Shown in pieces: positions 34,917 through 47,488 of a stretch of 64,000 nt of DNA. How positions within the stretch are numbered: position 1 is the stretch's first letter; every line of letters starts with the position of its first letter. Under the pieces are notes generated by a model. It was not told where the DNA came from, did not search any database, and saw only the letters and a program-made list of their open reading frames with translations. This DNA is from Trichosphaerium sp. ATCC 40318 (taxonomy: Eukaryota; Protista; Tubulinea), in the NCBI GenBank assembly GCA_038496445.1, contig JALMLS010000453.1, forward strand, positions 124,001-188,000, in the 5' to 3' direction. The position numbers and the translations under genes are program-made.

Positions 34917-35174
34917 CTATGGTGTCGGCGCAAGAAAAGCTGCTGCGCAAGCTGACATACAAACAGATTGGCCTGCTGTACAGGTTGCTGGTCCACTCGT
35001 AAGATAAGCATACCAACCAACTGGTCCGGATGCTCCTGCTGTTATACCATATCCCGCCAAACAAGCAACCCAAGCTGAATTGCATGCTGTGTAACATAGT
35101 CCGCAAGCTGCTGGGCCAGCAGAAGTAGTTGATAGTAAGAGAAGTACCATGAAGAGAGTGAGTAGTAGTTTCAT
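34917..35174 (-). CDS. Small secreted Cys-rich protein of the GP..C..C.....AC...C......C...C....LAPTP family (zygote-specific class V-like)
   Basis: Signal peptide, then GPAACGLCYTACNSAWVAC...CTAGQSVCMSACAAAFLAPTP; the Cys spacing and C-terminal APTP are characteristic of this family. Confidence 0.75.
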   Translation of the reverse strand: MKLLLTLFMVLLLLSTTSAGPAACGLCYTACNSAWVACLAGYGITAGASGPVGWYAYLTSGPATCTAGQSVCMSACAAAFLAPTP

Positions 35175-35538
35175 TTTCCTGCGTAGAATTAGGTAAAAAA
35201 TGTTGTATTCCTCGTACGCGTTGCTTTGATCTTTGTAGTGTTGTAAAGGTTATGCGTGTTTAAGAAAAGTCAACGGCATTCAATAGTATTGATCTCTCAG
35301 AGACATTCAAATATTCAGTTTTCAAATAAAATATGTACTTATGTTGATGGCTGTACCACACTTAATCGCGTATAGGTTGATGGGTATTGCCGCATAAGAA
35401 CGGCAAATAGGAAATAAGTAGAGAAACGAACGTGTTTTTTCATTGACAGTTTTACAAAATTATTTTTTTATTTGAATGCTATTCCAATCAACTTCAATAG
35501 CAACCAGTAAAATCACCAATGTTTTCTAGTGCTTATTT

Positions 35539-36348
35539 TTACTTAAACCAACACGGTTCATCTACTCTTGGCTCATATTGAGGAAACTGAATAAAGACCT
35601 ACGTGATTTTTTATGAGATCTCTGAGAGAAAAAACTGAACCAAACAAGTTTATTTTTGGTTGATTACTTACTTGAACCATAGGTTGGTCTCCAAGAACTT
35701 CAGATTTGTGGCCTAGAGTAGATCTTTGGTCGTTACCAAAGTATAAATCACCTGGGTTAAACGTATGTTCTGTGCCGTCCATCGTTGTCCATTTGCCACC
35801 TAGTACTCCGTTATACACAAAAGAGTTACCACAATACTGATTATTTTGTTGTACATACTTCCAGATAGAATTACAACCATTTGTGGTACAGGATCTATCA
35901 GAAGAGTTTAGTCAAGTTCAACGCGAAGCTCAGTTAAACAAAAAAAGAAGGAAACATAAGATACCTTTATGATAACCTCCTGCCCAACCAACAGGTGTGT
36001 TTACAAAGTTTATGTTTGCTCCAAGTTTCCTGTCAATCCATAAAGGAGGTGTGCCTTTCAAGTAATCAACGTAAGTCCACTAAAAAAAGAGTCAGAAAAC
36101 TTTGATAAAATCAAAGAGAGAGCGCTGTTGTAGTTAATATGTACATTAGTAAGAGAGCATTCCGTAAAATGGCTGGTACCATTAGAATCTGCCCAATTAT
36201 GCCAATACGTGTACTTTGGTGTTGGTGGGATGCTGCCATCGCTTGCAGCAGAGGAAAAGGTGACACAGGCCACAATTAAGACTAAGCTACTGATTACTTT
36301 GTTCTGCAGTATTTGTAAGCTGAAAGGGTCATCACGTGCACGCACCAT
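35539..36348 (-). CDS. Secreted cupin-fold protein of a bacterial-type family (multi-exon)
   Basis: YWHNWADSNGTSHF, TPPLWI, W..TMDG....F.PGDLYFGNDQ...GHKS, C-terminal PCWFK*. Confidence 0.7.
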
Positions 36349-36627
36349 TGTGAGAAAACTAAAGATGACTTTTTTAAAACCACATCAACGAATTCGTTGG
36401 AACGTATTCATACCCAACTTAGCTAGTCTAAAAATCTACAGAATGGTACATGTAGATACTAAGTTCATTCTATGCGTTCAATATCACGTGATACGAGTCA
36501 AATCGAAATGAACTGACGCACACAAGAAATGCTTACATTCAGCTGATAAAAGCACTTTGTCATTTATTATTTTGAACGGGACGGCGTAGAAACTCACTAA
36601 GTAATGATTTCTGTAAGTATCCTATTG

Positions 36628-39600
36628 TCAAGGAGAATCCTTTAAAATAGTCTTCAAGTATGACTGGTAAAACTTTGCCACTTGTTTGATTCCTAGATCC
36701 GATGGATGTGTGCCTTATACACAATTAATATTAAAATATAACGCATTTATTGCAATGATGTGAAAAGATATGCTTATTCAGTTGAAAAAAAAAAAGCAGG
36801 TTAAAAAAAGGTTGACTTTAAGTTTTTCGTGGGTCAAATACTGTACCTCCTACTGTTGGATTGTACGGTTCTTGATCTCCAAACAATAAATCTCCTTTTA
36901 CATATGATAGTCCTTCAACACCTGAAGATTAAAATTAATAAACTAACAAATCCTTTTCTATCCGTTTTTTTTCTTTTACCTTCACTTTGAAGAGTCTTAT
37001 ACGCTTCTGAGAGTGCATTCCTCTTTTCTTGCTGTCCATCGCGTGTACTATTGAACAACCAAGAGGCGCCATACGTAGTACCTTGCACCTTAGTCAAAAC
37101 AACTCTTTACCTTCTCACGTACCTTCAGCCAGAACAATTGGCGTTGTTGGGTGTGCAGCTCGTATGTACTTTACTAATGGAATGGTACGTTGTGTTACTA
37201 GAGTTGCGTGCATATTAGGGAGACAATCTATAAGGAACAAGGCAGCATCTACACGATTGAGAGACTTCTGAACTGAAATCTCCATTTCACCTTTTTTTTC
37301 AAATTATTAGCTAACAAGCTACCAAAGTTCTTTAATGTACCGTTTCCAGCGAATCCAAAATTATACACTGTCCTGTTTAAGGCCATTGCGACTTCATTAG
37401 TAAACATCCTTGATGGTCGAGAAGCAACACCGCCTTGCACAATTGATGTACCATACCTACGTTTAGAAAAGTCAATTCGCCTTGCTTCGTTGTCACTGTT
37501 CGTACCAAACAATCGGTTTCTTGTTTGGAAATGCGACTTCTATACAATACAATATTAGTTACATACAAAGTGCAAACGTTTGATCTGAGAAAAGAGGGTG
37601 ATAGGCTCCTAAAAAGCAACAAGAAAACGCTTATACTCGCTTGTACTTGTGAAACACTCGTATGTCGTACCTGGTGTTAATGTAGCTCCCTTCGTAATGC
37701 CAATTTGAAGAGATGACAAATAGTTACGAATAGGTAAGAAGAGTAGGTAAGTATGTTTCTGTCTATCAGTCGAATCAAACAGAGTTTGCGTTGTAACTGG
37801 AAACTTGATATCACTCACAGTAGCAACCCAACTCCAATTTCCTTTACATCACAAGTCAGTTAAATATCACGTGATTCGAAAATACGCGCATACCAGCTGA
37901 AGGGTTCCAAGCTTGAAGATCCATCCCAGAACAACCTGAACGAGGCATGTGCCAAAGTTCCAAGTCTTCGTTTACAAGACTAGTAATACTTAATGAACCC
38001 TAAAAGTGCGAAAAACAGCACTCTGCACTTGCTGAGATTTACGTACGTATAATTGACAGCTAATACCTCAGAATCTGTTGAAAAAGATACAAAGAGGCCA
38101 GTGGAGTCAAGGCCAAGACCTAAAAAAAAGGTTTGGTCAGAATAAAAGTGTCAGTTTTATTTGGTACGAACCCCAAACCTTATCCCTGACAACGCCTTTT
38201 GCGTCAGAAGGTAGCCTTATAGAATTTAACAAACTCCTTTTGTAAATAAAGACGTACCTATTAAATATAGTTGGTGTATCATTGAAGGCTCTTCCTAAAG
38301 ATGAAGACAATTAGTGTTTCTCTTCAAGATGCATTACGAAAGTCGTTTTTGAACCTGAAATGCCAATCTCTTTTACGTCAATCCATTGAATTTCATCAGC
38401 TAATTCCGAAACTGTTCTTGTTCTTTTTAAAGAAATTCCTCTTTCTACATTCGCATATGGTTCTGGGAATGGTATCATTGGCGCAGTACCATCTAGAACA
38501 GTAGGAATATACTTCTTATAGTACTCAGTAGCATAGAACATGCCAAGGTCTGTAGGGTGCGTCCCTTAAACACAAGATATTAGAACCATTTATAACAAGG
38601 CTATAGATTATAGTGATCGTAGTGCTTGTACATCAACTGTGAGCGCTTCACTTGATTGCTTTTTTGAAGAAAAAAAACGGAGACTTTTCTGTTGTTTGTA
38701 CCTCCAACTGTTGGGTTGTCTCCAAACTCAGGACCCCATAATTGATCTCCAGTGACATAGTATATTTTCTTGTTACCATCTGCAAGTAATTTGTTGTACT
38801 CCTAAATCACGTGTTATTTTTTTTCTTCAAATTCACAAAAATTTTCTTACTGTTCTCAATGCAGCTCGTTTTTCGTCTTGGTACTTTTTTTTAAAAGAGA
38901 AGAACCACTCACCACCGTAAGTTGTTCCTAGTTATATATTAGAACGAGTATCGCACTGTTTTCTAGTTGCCTTCAGCAAGAACAATTGGTACATCTGGTT
39001 TTTTAGAACGGATGTAGTTGACAAGTGGAATTGTGTTCGAAGTCACCATTGAAGCATTCATATTCGGTAAACAGTCGATAATATATAAAGCCGCATCTAC
39101 TTGTACCAGGTACTCTGCAACTGATAATTCCATGATCCCTAGAATACAATCTGTAAGATACGGGGGAAAAAAATCAAACTTCTGTCTGTTTGGTTTTTTT
39201 TTTTGCTTAACAGTCTTACCATTGCCGGAGAAACCAAAGTTGTAAACATCGCGACCTATTTGGCGAGTGATCATATTCGTAACAATACGACCTGGTCTAC
39301 TGGCAACAGCACCTACACACCAGAATATTAGAAAACGTGACATGACGACAAAAAATTTTCTTGAACTCTTACCTTGAAGTATCGAAGTACCATACCACAC
39401 TATAGGTTTCTTACCAACATTAAAAGGAAGGTGATCAATGTATCCACCAGAAGAAATACCAATACTCAAAGACTAGGGCACATGTCACTTGAAACACGTG
39501 GTTTTTCAAAAAACCAAAAAAAGAGCGTACTATTGGTGCATTGTATGTAGGTAAGAATAGAAGATATTTACGTTTAGTATTAAGAACTGGATTAGTGGCT

Positions 39601-40309
39601 ACAACACCCATTGATCTAGGATACGCAATTGTATTATGCAGGGTTCCTATCCAGCGCCAACTACAAAAAAACTGTCAGAAAGGAGTCTTAAAAAAAATTG
39701 TTTTGAAGTACCGTTCAGTGCCATTATCAAATGTCCACAAGTCAACACCTGATTTCCCAGTGCTAGGGAAATGCCATTCAGAAATAGAAGAACTCTTCAT
39801 TGTGTAGTTTACCTACCATTAAATCATGTTTGGCTAAGAAAGATACAAAGAACATTCGAACTTTTCTGATGACTTTTCGAAAGAAAAAAAAATACACCCA
39901 AGAAAAGGGAACAAAAACTTGCTGCTTACCCAAATCTCACTCGTTTGAGCGACGAAAGGTACATACATTCCAGCAGAGTACTGAGATAAAGTCCAAACAG
40001 GGCCACGAACAACACTTTTAGCAGATGAAGGAAGTCTAAACGCTTATTTAACAAAACACCACGTGGGTAAACACTAGACCTGTCGTAGAAGTTCTCTGTG
40101 TCCTCGAAAGCGCGACCTATCCAAAAAAGATTTGTAACGTTTAAACAAGGCCACGTGACGTGATCCGTTACAAGATCGCGTAGAAACGGTTAAAAACAAA
40201 GCTTACCATGTACACCAATATGTTCTGCGTCGTACCAGTCTAAACTAGCACAATTACAGCAGATTGCTGTCATAACAATAATGCAGGTAACAGTGATACT
40301 AACGCGCAT
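36628..40309 (-). CDS. Secreted tandem (GxDLY N-terminal + SGNH hydrolase) x2 protein, intron-rich
   Basis: Two modules, each with RLP..AK.VVR..VW, W-H-(F/M)-P, G.DL, YGTSI.QG.VASRP, YNFGF.GNG, DC.PNM, LAEG and GTHP.DLG; they are joined in frame through ORF 38311-38541. Confidence 0.8.
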
Positions 40310-40428
40310 TGTTACTGATAAACACTGATGTTGTAATTGTCTTACTTATCCTTGCTTAAGTTAGCTGCTTTTCACACCGGTTTACTACCAAAACAAAGCT
40401 CAGGAGCAAGCCTCACGAACAGCAAGCA

Positions 40429-41125
40429 ATGGCTGCAAAACGAAAAGACACTGGGATAATACAATCAGTAACGCTTCAATACATGCCACCCGAGACATTG
40501 ACGCATATTCTTTCTTACTTAGACAAACTGCAACGTATAAAAGCTTCTGCCGTGTCTCACTTATTCTTTTATGAATGCGACTTTTCTTGTCTTTTTGGTG
40601 CTCACTATTTTGATCTCTCATTTACTAGAATTAGAGATAGTGATATACTGTCTCTAGTACAAGGAGAAAGCATATCGTTCGCTTAATTAGCTTGAAATAT
40701 ACAGGTATAACAGACATTTCATTAAAAGCACTGGAAGGTGTCCTTAGTATACAGCTTATTGGGTGAACATCTGATGGAATAAAGGCACTCAAACATGTAC
40801 TCGAAATTGGTCTAAACCACGTGATTCGTGGCTCAAACACCTCACCAAAGCGCACACGGTTGTTATTTATAATGGACAGCATGTTACGGACTCGGGAATC
40901 AAATCATTGGCCAATGTTAAACACTTATTCTTGCAAGGTTCGAATATAACTGACGAAGGTTTGAAACAGTTGAATACTGTTGAACTCCTTTACTTGCTGT
41001 CCTGCCCGAAGGTTACAAATGATTGTTTGAAATACCTGACTTCTCTGAAAGCAGTGACTTGTTCTTGTAATAGTACAAAAGATGCAGTTGAGTCATTGGG
41101 CATAACTTGGTTAGAGCTTTTGTAG
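40429..41125 (+). pseudogene. Frameshifted F-box/LRR paralogue of the 15853 gene
   Basis: MPPETLTHILSYL...SAVSHLF; LRR remnants in several frames with internal stops; C-terminus SLGI matches. Confidence 0.75.
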
Positions 41126-41306
41126 AAATCAATAAATATGAAAACTAAACTTGTGTCTTATTATCTTACACAACAGACTTCTCTGCTACGCTGTTATTTA
41201 TGATTAATCTACACTATGTTCTACGAAATTTTTTACCGAGTACACCTGTAAACAAAGAAAAGCAAAAAAAAAAAACAACACTCCAATTGGATGCAAACAT
41301 ATTTAG

Positions 41307-41717
41307 TCAGTACAGGTTTCTCATATTCTTTGCATGCCTACGACCTGCTTGGTGCTGACGCAATTGTCCGATGTCGCTGCATTTCACGCCACATTCGCAC
41401 ATGCCATCTTTTTCTACTATTGTCAAAAGTGCCAATACCCTGTTCTTGGTAACTCCATGGGCTTTTTTCTCTTTCTCCAAAGCATCGGCAAGTCTACAAG
41501 TTATGCTTTCGTATGCTTTGCTATCATCTTCTATTCTTTTTCTATATCTCAGCAACAATGATACAGCACGTGCAGCTACCTTTTCCGTGTAACTAATGTG
41601 ATGTAGAATACTGTTCCATACACCACATACAACGCGTAACCTCGATATTGAAAGACCATCACAATAATCAAATACTGAGCGCATTACTTCTACCGGCACA
41701 GAGAGAACATTTGTCAT
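41307..41717 (-). CDS. F-box + coiled coil + C2H2 (U1/matrin-type) zinc finger (intronless)
   Basis: VPVEVMRSVFDYC...LRVVCGVWN; CECGVKCSDIGQLRQHQAGRRH. Confidence 0.7.
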   Translation of the reverse strand: MTNVLSVPVEVMRSVFDYCDGLSISRLRVVCGVWNSILHHISYTEKVAARAVSLLLRYRKRIEDDSKAYESITCRLADALEKEKKAHGVTKNRVLALLTIVEKDGMCECGVKCSDIGQLRQHQAGRRHAKNMRNLY

Positions 41718-42189
41718 TGCTGCTTCAAACGTATGTTAGACTAAAATGGGTAGAGAGCAGGCTTAATTTATAGTCTCTCAGAGATAGGTTTAGCTACAAC
41801 TGCTTAAAAAATCTTTGCCTATACTCGCGCTACTCTCTGATAGGTTTGACAACGGGTACAAGCATGTAAGCTTGAGGAGTTGAGATTGCTAAGTCTGAAG
41901 TTAAACATTGCCTTAAGCTACAAAAAGTAAAAACAATTTGATAAACCGTTAAAAACGCAAGAGGTAATCCCATCTAATGAGCTGTTCGATCTTTGTAACG
42001 CAACTGTAACGCCCTTCCTTGTTGAATCATGGGCAAAAATAGCATCTTACTTACCTGATTATGACGTACTGCACTCTTTCGGCGGTGTATGTAATACACT
42101 AGCGTCGACAGGGCTCCATAATATAGATATATAAAATGCTTTGTAGACGTTAACAGCAAAATAGACAGCACTGTACTACAACAATATAT

Positions 42190-42924
42190 TGCTCTTAAAT
42201 TGACATGGTGGGATCCTACAAAAACAGGGAGGTACGCATGCTGAAACGAAATATTTGAGTTGTGACCGAAAACTGGAAAATTACAAGAACGTTTTCAAGC
42301 TAATTCCCGAGAATTGCTGACGCTGTATTTAAAAGGAAAGTGGACTTTTCGCCTTGGTCTAGCAGATGAAAGTTGTTTAAACCCTTGACAGTGATCTATG
42401 GTATTTAAAAGAAAACAATATAAAATGACTTTTGTTACAGGCAAAAAGGATGGAGTGTTGGAGCGTTTGGTGCTTTCTTCTGTAAATCACAAAAAGTAGG
42501 TAAGCCGTATGTATGAGTATTGGTACTTTCATGCCACTGAGCCACCAACATCGGAATGTACTAATCAAAGAACCCTAAGGAGTCACATACGAATACTGTC
42601 ATGTAGAAGAACCAATTGGATTTCTACTAAATATGAAAGAACGCACAATGAGATACTTTATTGCTGGCAAGAATCAAGGCATTGTGTTCAAGAATTTACC
42701 AGGTATTTTATACAGCCAATCTTAAATAACTTATTCTCTTATCCTTTCTTTAAGATGAAGTATACTTAGCTGCTAGCAATGGCATTGGCAGTGGTGAAAT
42801 AAGTACAATTTTTGGACTCCCATTGCCACCTATAGTGCCTAGTGATGAAGAGCTAGACGAAATATCATTAAACAAATACAAGCGGTGCTTAGGCTTGTTT
42901 GTACCGGCTGACGAAAACAATTGA
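42190..42924 (+). pseudogene. SPRY/B30.2-like domain gene, apparently frameshifted (5' end unclear)
   Basis: Exons read IGFLLNMKERTMRYFIAGKNQGIVFKNLP|DEVYLAAS (SPRY-like); an apparent 1-nt frame break near 42380. Confidence 0.4.
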
Positions 42925-43367
42925 TATCACTATGACAGGAAACTATTAAACTTGCTTTTGATCTTAACGGTCAACCCAAATGAAAGCGAACTTAATGTAG
43001 CAAAAAAACATACAATAAAAGGACTCACAAACTGTGCTATAACCCTACGTCTCCAATGAACACTTACATACATAATTTTGGAACGCGCTCAAAACATTGA
43101 TCATTAACTAATTGAGCTACATTCAAAACAGTTGGCTTGTTGCACTGAGATAGTAGCCAAGTATGTATAATTGTGTACAATTAAAATAGTACTGTAATGC
43201 TCTATTTTCTGTTTCTTTAAGCCCTATATCCGCTTATCCCATACTTGACACGTGGCACCTTGTCAGGTTATGTGAAAATAAGAAAAAACTGAAATCGCCA
43301 TGAAATTTAATAATATTTCATATTTTTGAAACTATACGTGTTCTACAGCTTCAGCATTTGCACCACA

Positions 43368-46273
43368 ATGAAAGCAAGTGTAATATACAGTGTAAAAGAG
43401 GCTATAGAGCTTATAGAAACGAAACCCAGAGAGTTAGCAGCGTCACAGTATTATGTTACACCTCCAAACCCGTATACTGAAGGCTGGATGATCTCAGTAC
43501 CGAAGGTAATGTTTTTGTCGTTTTTATCATTTTTACACGTGAACGTTATTTTTCTTACCCCAATACGCCTAGGCAAGGCTTATTATAGGCGTTTTAGCAA
43601 CTTGTAGGCGAAAACAAGTGTCAAATTTACCAGGAGCAGCTCACTATGCCGCATTGCACGGAAGTAAAGAGCTACTTGAAGCTGTAATCAAAGCAGGTAC
43701 ATTTCAGATATACATTGTTGTCAGTTAAGCGACAATTCATGAAAATATTCAAGAAGATACATTTCGTTGTTTTTCTTTGTTTGGCTATGTGTTGTTCTGA
43801 AACATATTTTAGACCCTGCTTGTATTACTCAATATGATTCTAATGGAAGGACGCCTCTACACTATGCAGCATTTGGCAATAAATTGGAATGTGCTCGTCG
43901 TTTACTCGATTGTTGTGTGAGACTCACCAAAGATATTTATGAAGAAACACCTCTAGATATAGCAAAAGCACGGCTACATAACGAGTTAGCTATGTTGCTT
44001 GATACAACAGAAAAAGTGAGTCTGAAATCCATCCAAACACTTTTTCTCTTTTTTTTCTTATTCAAGGCTGCACGTGATTTTACTAGTTTAGTTTTTTTGA
44101 CGAAGATTGTATTTATGTTCATTATAGAAACACAAAGGAGTATTATCTCTTGTGCAAATAGCTTCAAAGACAATATCAACGTACTACACGACATCAAAAG
44201 AAGGACTTGACGAAATACGAAAATTACAAGAATTAGAGAGTAACGCATTTTATCAAATAATGGAAGGGTTACCTCCGTATGATATCTTGTCTTGGAGGAA
44301 GTTGGGTGCTTTAGATAAAACAAAGAGATCAAGAGGACAAGTATGCCAAGTTATGGAGAATTGTCAACAAAAATATTTGAGATGTTATCAAAAGAGTATC
44401 TATGCATGGGCGGATTGATATCTGCGTTTGATAAAAGACAAATATTTAAGAGCGTTGATATATCAGGTGTAGAGGTAAGTGTTAGAAGTTTTTCTTGTTT
44501 GAATTTTTTTCACCAAGGAGGACTAACAACCTTTCTTTTGTTCTTTCTGTAAGTCTGGTTTGTTAACCTTGTTCGTTGTAGAATTGTGGGTTTAAGGTGT
44601 TTGCAAAACCAACAAATAAGCCCAAAATTGGTGAACATTCTATCGTTGATAGATCGACTTTCTTGCGGCAGTTTGTTAACTTCACAGGCCACTCATGGCG
44701 TGGATTCAGTACGACAGCTAAAGTCTTGAAAAAAAATTTGAAAAACAGTTTGTTTCTCATTTAACTTTTCGTTTTTGGAGGCAATGACCCTTATGTGTAG
44801 TTACGATATTTACCATTCATCTTATCTGCTAACATTGTTGTTAAGAGTGGAACAACACTATAATCATTGGTGGGAGTATAGCAGCTTGTTTAACTGAACA
44901 CAAAGACGATGATGGCAAACCACTTACAAAACAAGCACTACGGAATTATTACGATAAAAATTATGGCAATGCTGATGTTGACATGTATTTATATGGTATG
45001 AAGAATGAAGAAATAAAAAAGAAGGTAAGTAGTACACATAACATTGTTTTTTAGGCAGCTTTGTAGTTTGACGTCTTGCCTAACAATTGTTTTTTGTTCA
45101 GATTGTAGAAATCTACCGATTCTTTAGAGCTAGAGATAAAAATGTGATTGTCACAAGAACACCTTATACTGTTACTTTCGTTTTTGGATATCCAAGGCGA
45201 CATATTCAACTCATAATTGGGTAAATGATACAAAGCTCTTTATTGTCTAACACCAGATTTTTTTGGTTTTTGTACGTACTAATTCTTCGCTACATAGAAA
45301 GTTTCATTGTAAGGAAGAGATTATATTAACAGCCGACGTTGATGTTACATCAGCTGGTTTTGATGGTAATAAAGTGTGGGTTTCTCCAAGAGCTCTTCAA
45401 GCATACAATACTGGATTGAACTTGTCATCGTCATTTAGAATGTCTCTTAGAGAAGGAGATGCATTTATACAAAGACTTTACAAGTACTCAAGAAGAGGGT
45501 TTGGTATAGCTGATCCGTTACTGAATTACATTGACATCCCAGAAGAATGTACGTAACAAAACATTACTAATTCCAAACACATTATTTCTAAAAAACATAC
45601 TCTTGTGCAGTCTAAAGTACTGTTAAAACCGCTTCAGATTGTATTTTTACTCTCAAAAACAATGCTTTATCGTCAATTCCATGTAATAGATACGATAAAA
45701 TGCAACTTGTCTTTTTTTGTGTTTGAAAAAAAAACAAAAAAGCAACTATTTTCTAACTTTTCACTAGCACTTGTTCGAACTTCAAAACTAGAAGCAGAAT
45801 ACTTAAGGAGAAAAGAAAGTGCTGCCTTTGATGACGAAGGTTATAAACAATTATTCTCTGAAATGCAGCCAATAATGCCAAACGGAGCTGAACTTATGAT
45901 GTTATTGAACAAAGACAATGATCTTTCAAAAGCATTGAAATCTGAGTTTAACGAGCCAGATACACCTTTACTACCATATGGAAAAGGTGTTCTGAAGAGA
46001 GCTGTACTTCATGCCATGGAACAAAGAGTTGTAAACAATGTTTATGGTCGTCCTATATACGGTTGGGTAAATGATAGTGAATCAACAATGCCGTATTTAT
46101 ACAAGCCAATTCTAACTGAACAATCTCTTTTAATCCGACTACCAGACATAATACCTACGATGCCTATTGGATATATGGATTGGTATGAGGGCATCCCTCA
46201 TCTGAAAAACATGGGACCGTACAGTGTAGTACCTAGAAAAGTATGGAAACCTAGCATGTTGAAGAAACAATAA
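43368..46273 (+). CDS. Ankyrin-repeat protein with a C-terminal nucleotidyltransferase-like domain (multi-exon)
   Basis: Ankyrin GRTPLHYAA...ETPLDIA; WNNTIIIGGSIAACL, DVDMYLYG, IQLIIG, EEIILTADVD, RLYKYSRRGF. Confidence 0.7.
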
Positions 46274-46698
46274 TAAACTACAGCCCGTCTTACAAACCTT
46301 AAAGCCGGATACAAAACATTGTTCAAAAACCGCTGTTACTAAGGGCACAGTATACTGTTCCACCTCACTCCAACAACCAGTGTTAATACGCTTTGCGACA
46401 AGGTAATACGACTAAAACTATTTTTACTTGTAAGCAAACGCTACGTCACGTGTTTTACGGGGTTTTTAAGTGTTTTACTTTAATTCCAAAACACCACTTA
46501 ACCTCGGCCAATTATTCCTCCACCATTGTTAAAACCAACCCGGCACAGCTACCTTTGTATATAATCTATAAAAAATTCAACGCTATTGTGAGTATTACAT
46601 GTATTCACGTGTTAGTTCATGCGAACTGTTTGAATTCTCCTGAATTTCACGTGAGAAATTCTCATCTTTTTGTTCATTTCAACCACACAAGTACAAAC

Positions 46699-47125
46699 AT
46701 GGCAACACAAGTAGGCGTAATAGTTAATCTGACAGTAAAAAAGGGCATAGAGTCTGAAATTAAGGCGTTTGTTGAAGGATCAGTCAAAGAAACACGCAAA
46801 GAAGCAGGTTAGCATTGCAGTAATCCTAATGATCTATAGCTCTTCATCATCATTCAATAGGATGTCTTTCTTTCGAGCTCTATCAAGATCAAACAAACCC
46901 ACAGAAATTCTCAATGGTATGAACCTGGTTTTGTATCACGTGCAAAAAACGCTCAAAAAACAAATTGTGTTGGTTTTGACCTTTGATTTCTAGATTGAGA
47001 GATGGGCTTCCCAAGAGGCATTGGATAATCATTTGAAGCAAGAATATGTCGCAGCCTCCAGACCTAAAATGAAGGAAATGCTTGAAGGAGAAATGCAAGT
47101 TCGCAAATTCAACTTGTACGGCTAA
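46699..47125 (+). CDS. Antibiotic-biosynthesis-monooxygenase (ABM, YgiN-like) domain protein, 3 exons
   Basis: Spliced: ...KETRKEAG|CLSFELYQDQTNPQKFSM|IERWASQEALDNHL...*. Confidence 0.8.
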
Positions 47126-47488
47126 ACAGGAGCCACCAATAAACATTTCTACTATAGCCCAATATCTATAATATTTTGGTGAAACTTTTAAAGATATAAT
47201 TATTTTCAAGAATCAGTACTAACGGCCTTCATTGTTATAAGGCTTGGGAAGGGTCTCTGGCTACGTGATACAGGGGATAGAAGGTGAGCGAGACGTATTC
47301 TCTCCTCCAATCTGGTATTGTAGATCAACAAGAACGCTTGAACGTCTTTGTACATTTTGGCAAAGTACATTTGTCTCTGCAATTGATAACCTGAATAGTG
47401 TACAAGTGGCAATGTTTAATCTAAAAGTCTAAGTAACAAGATGGTATAAGCCCGTTTGTAACCTCTGTAGTAACAATTAGTTTTTTAT

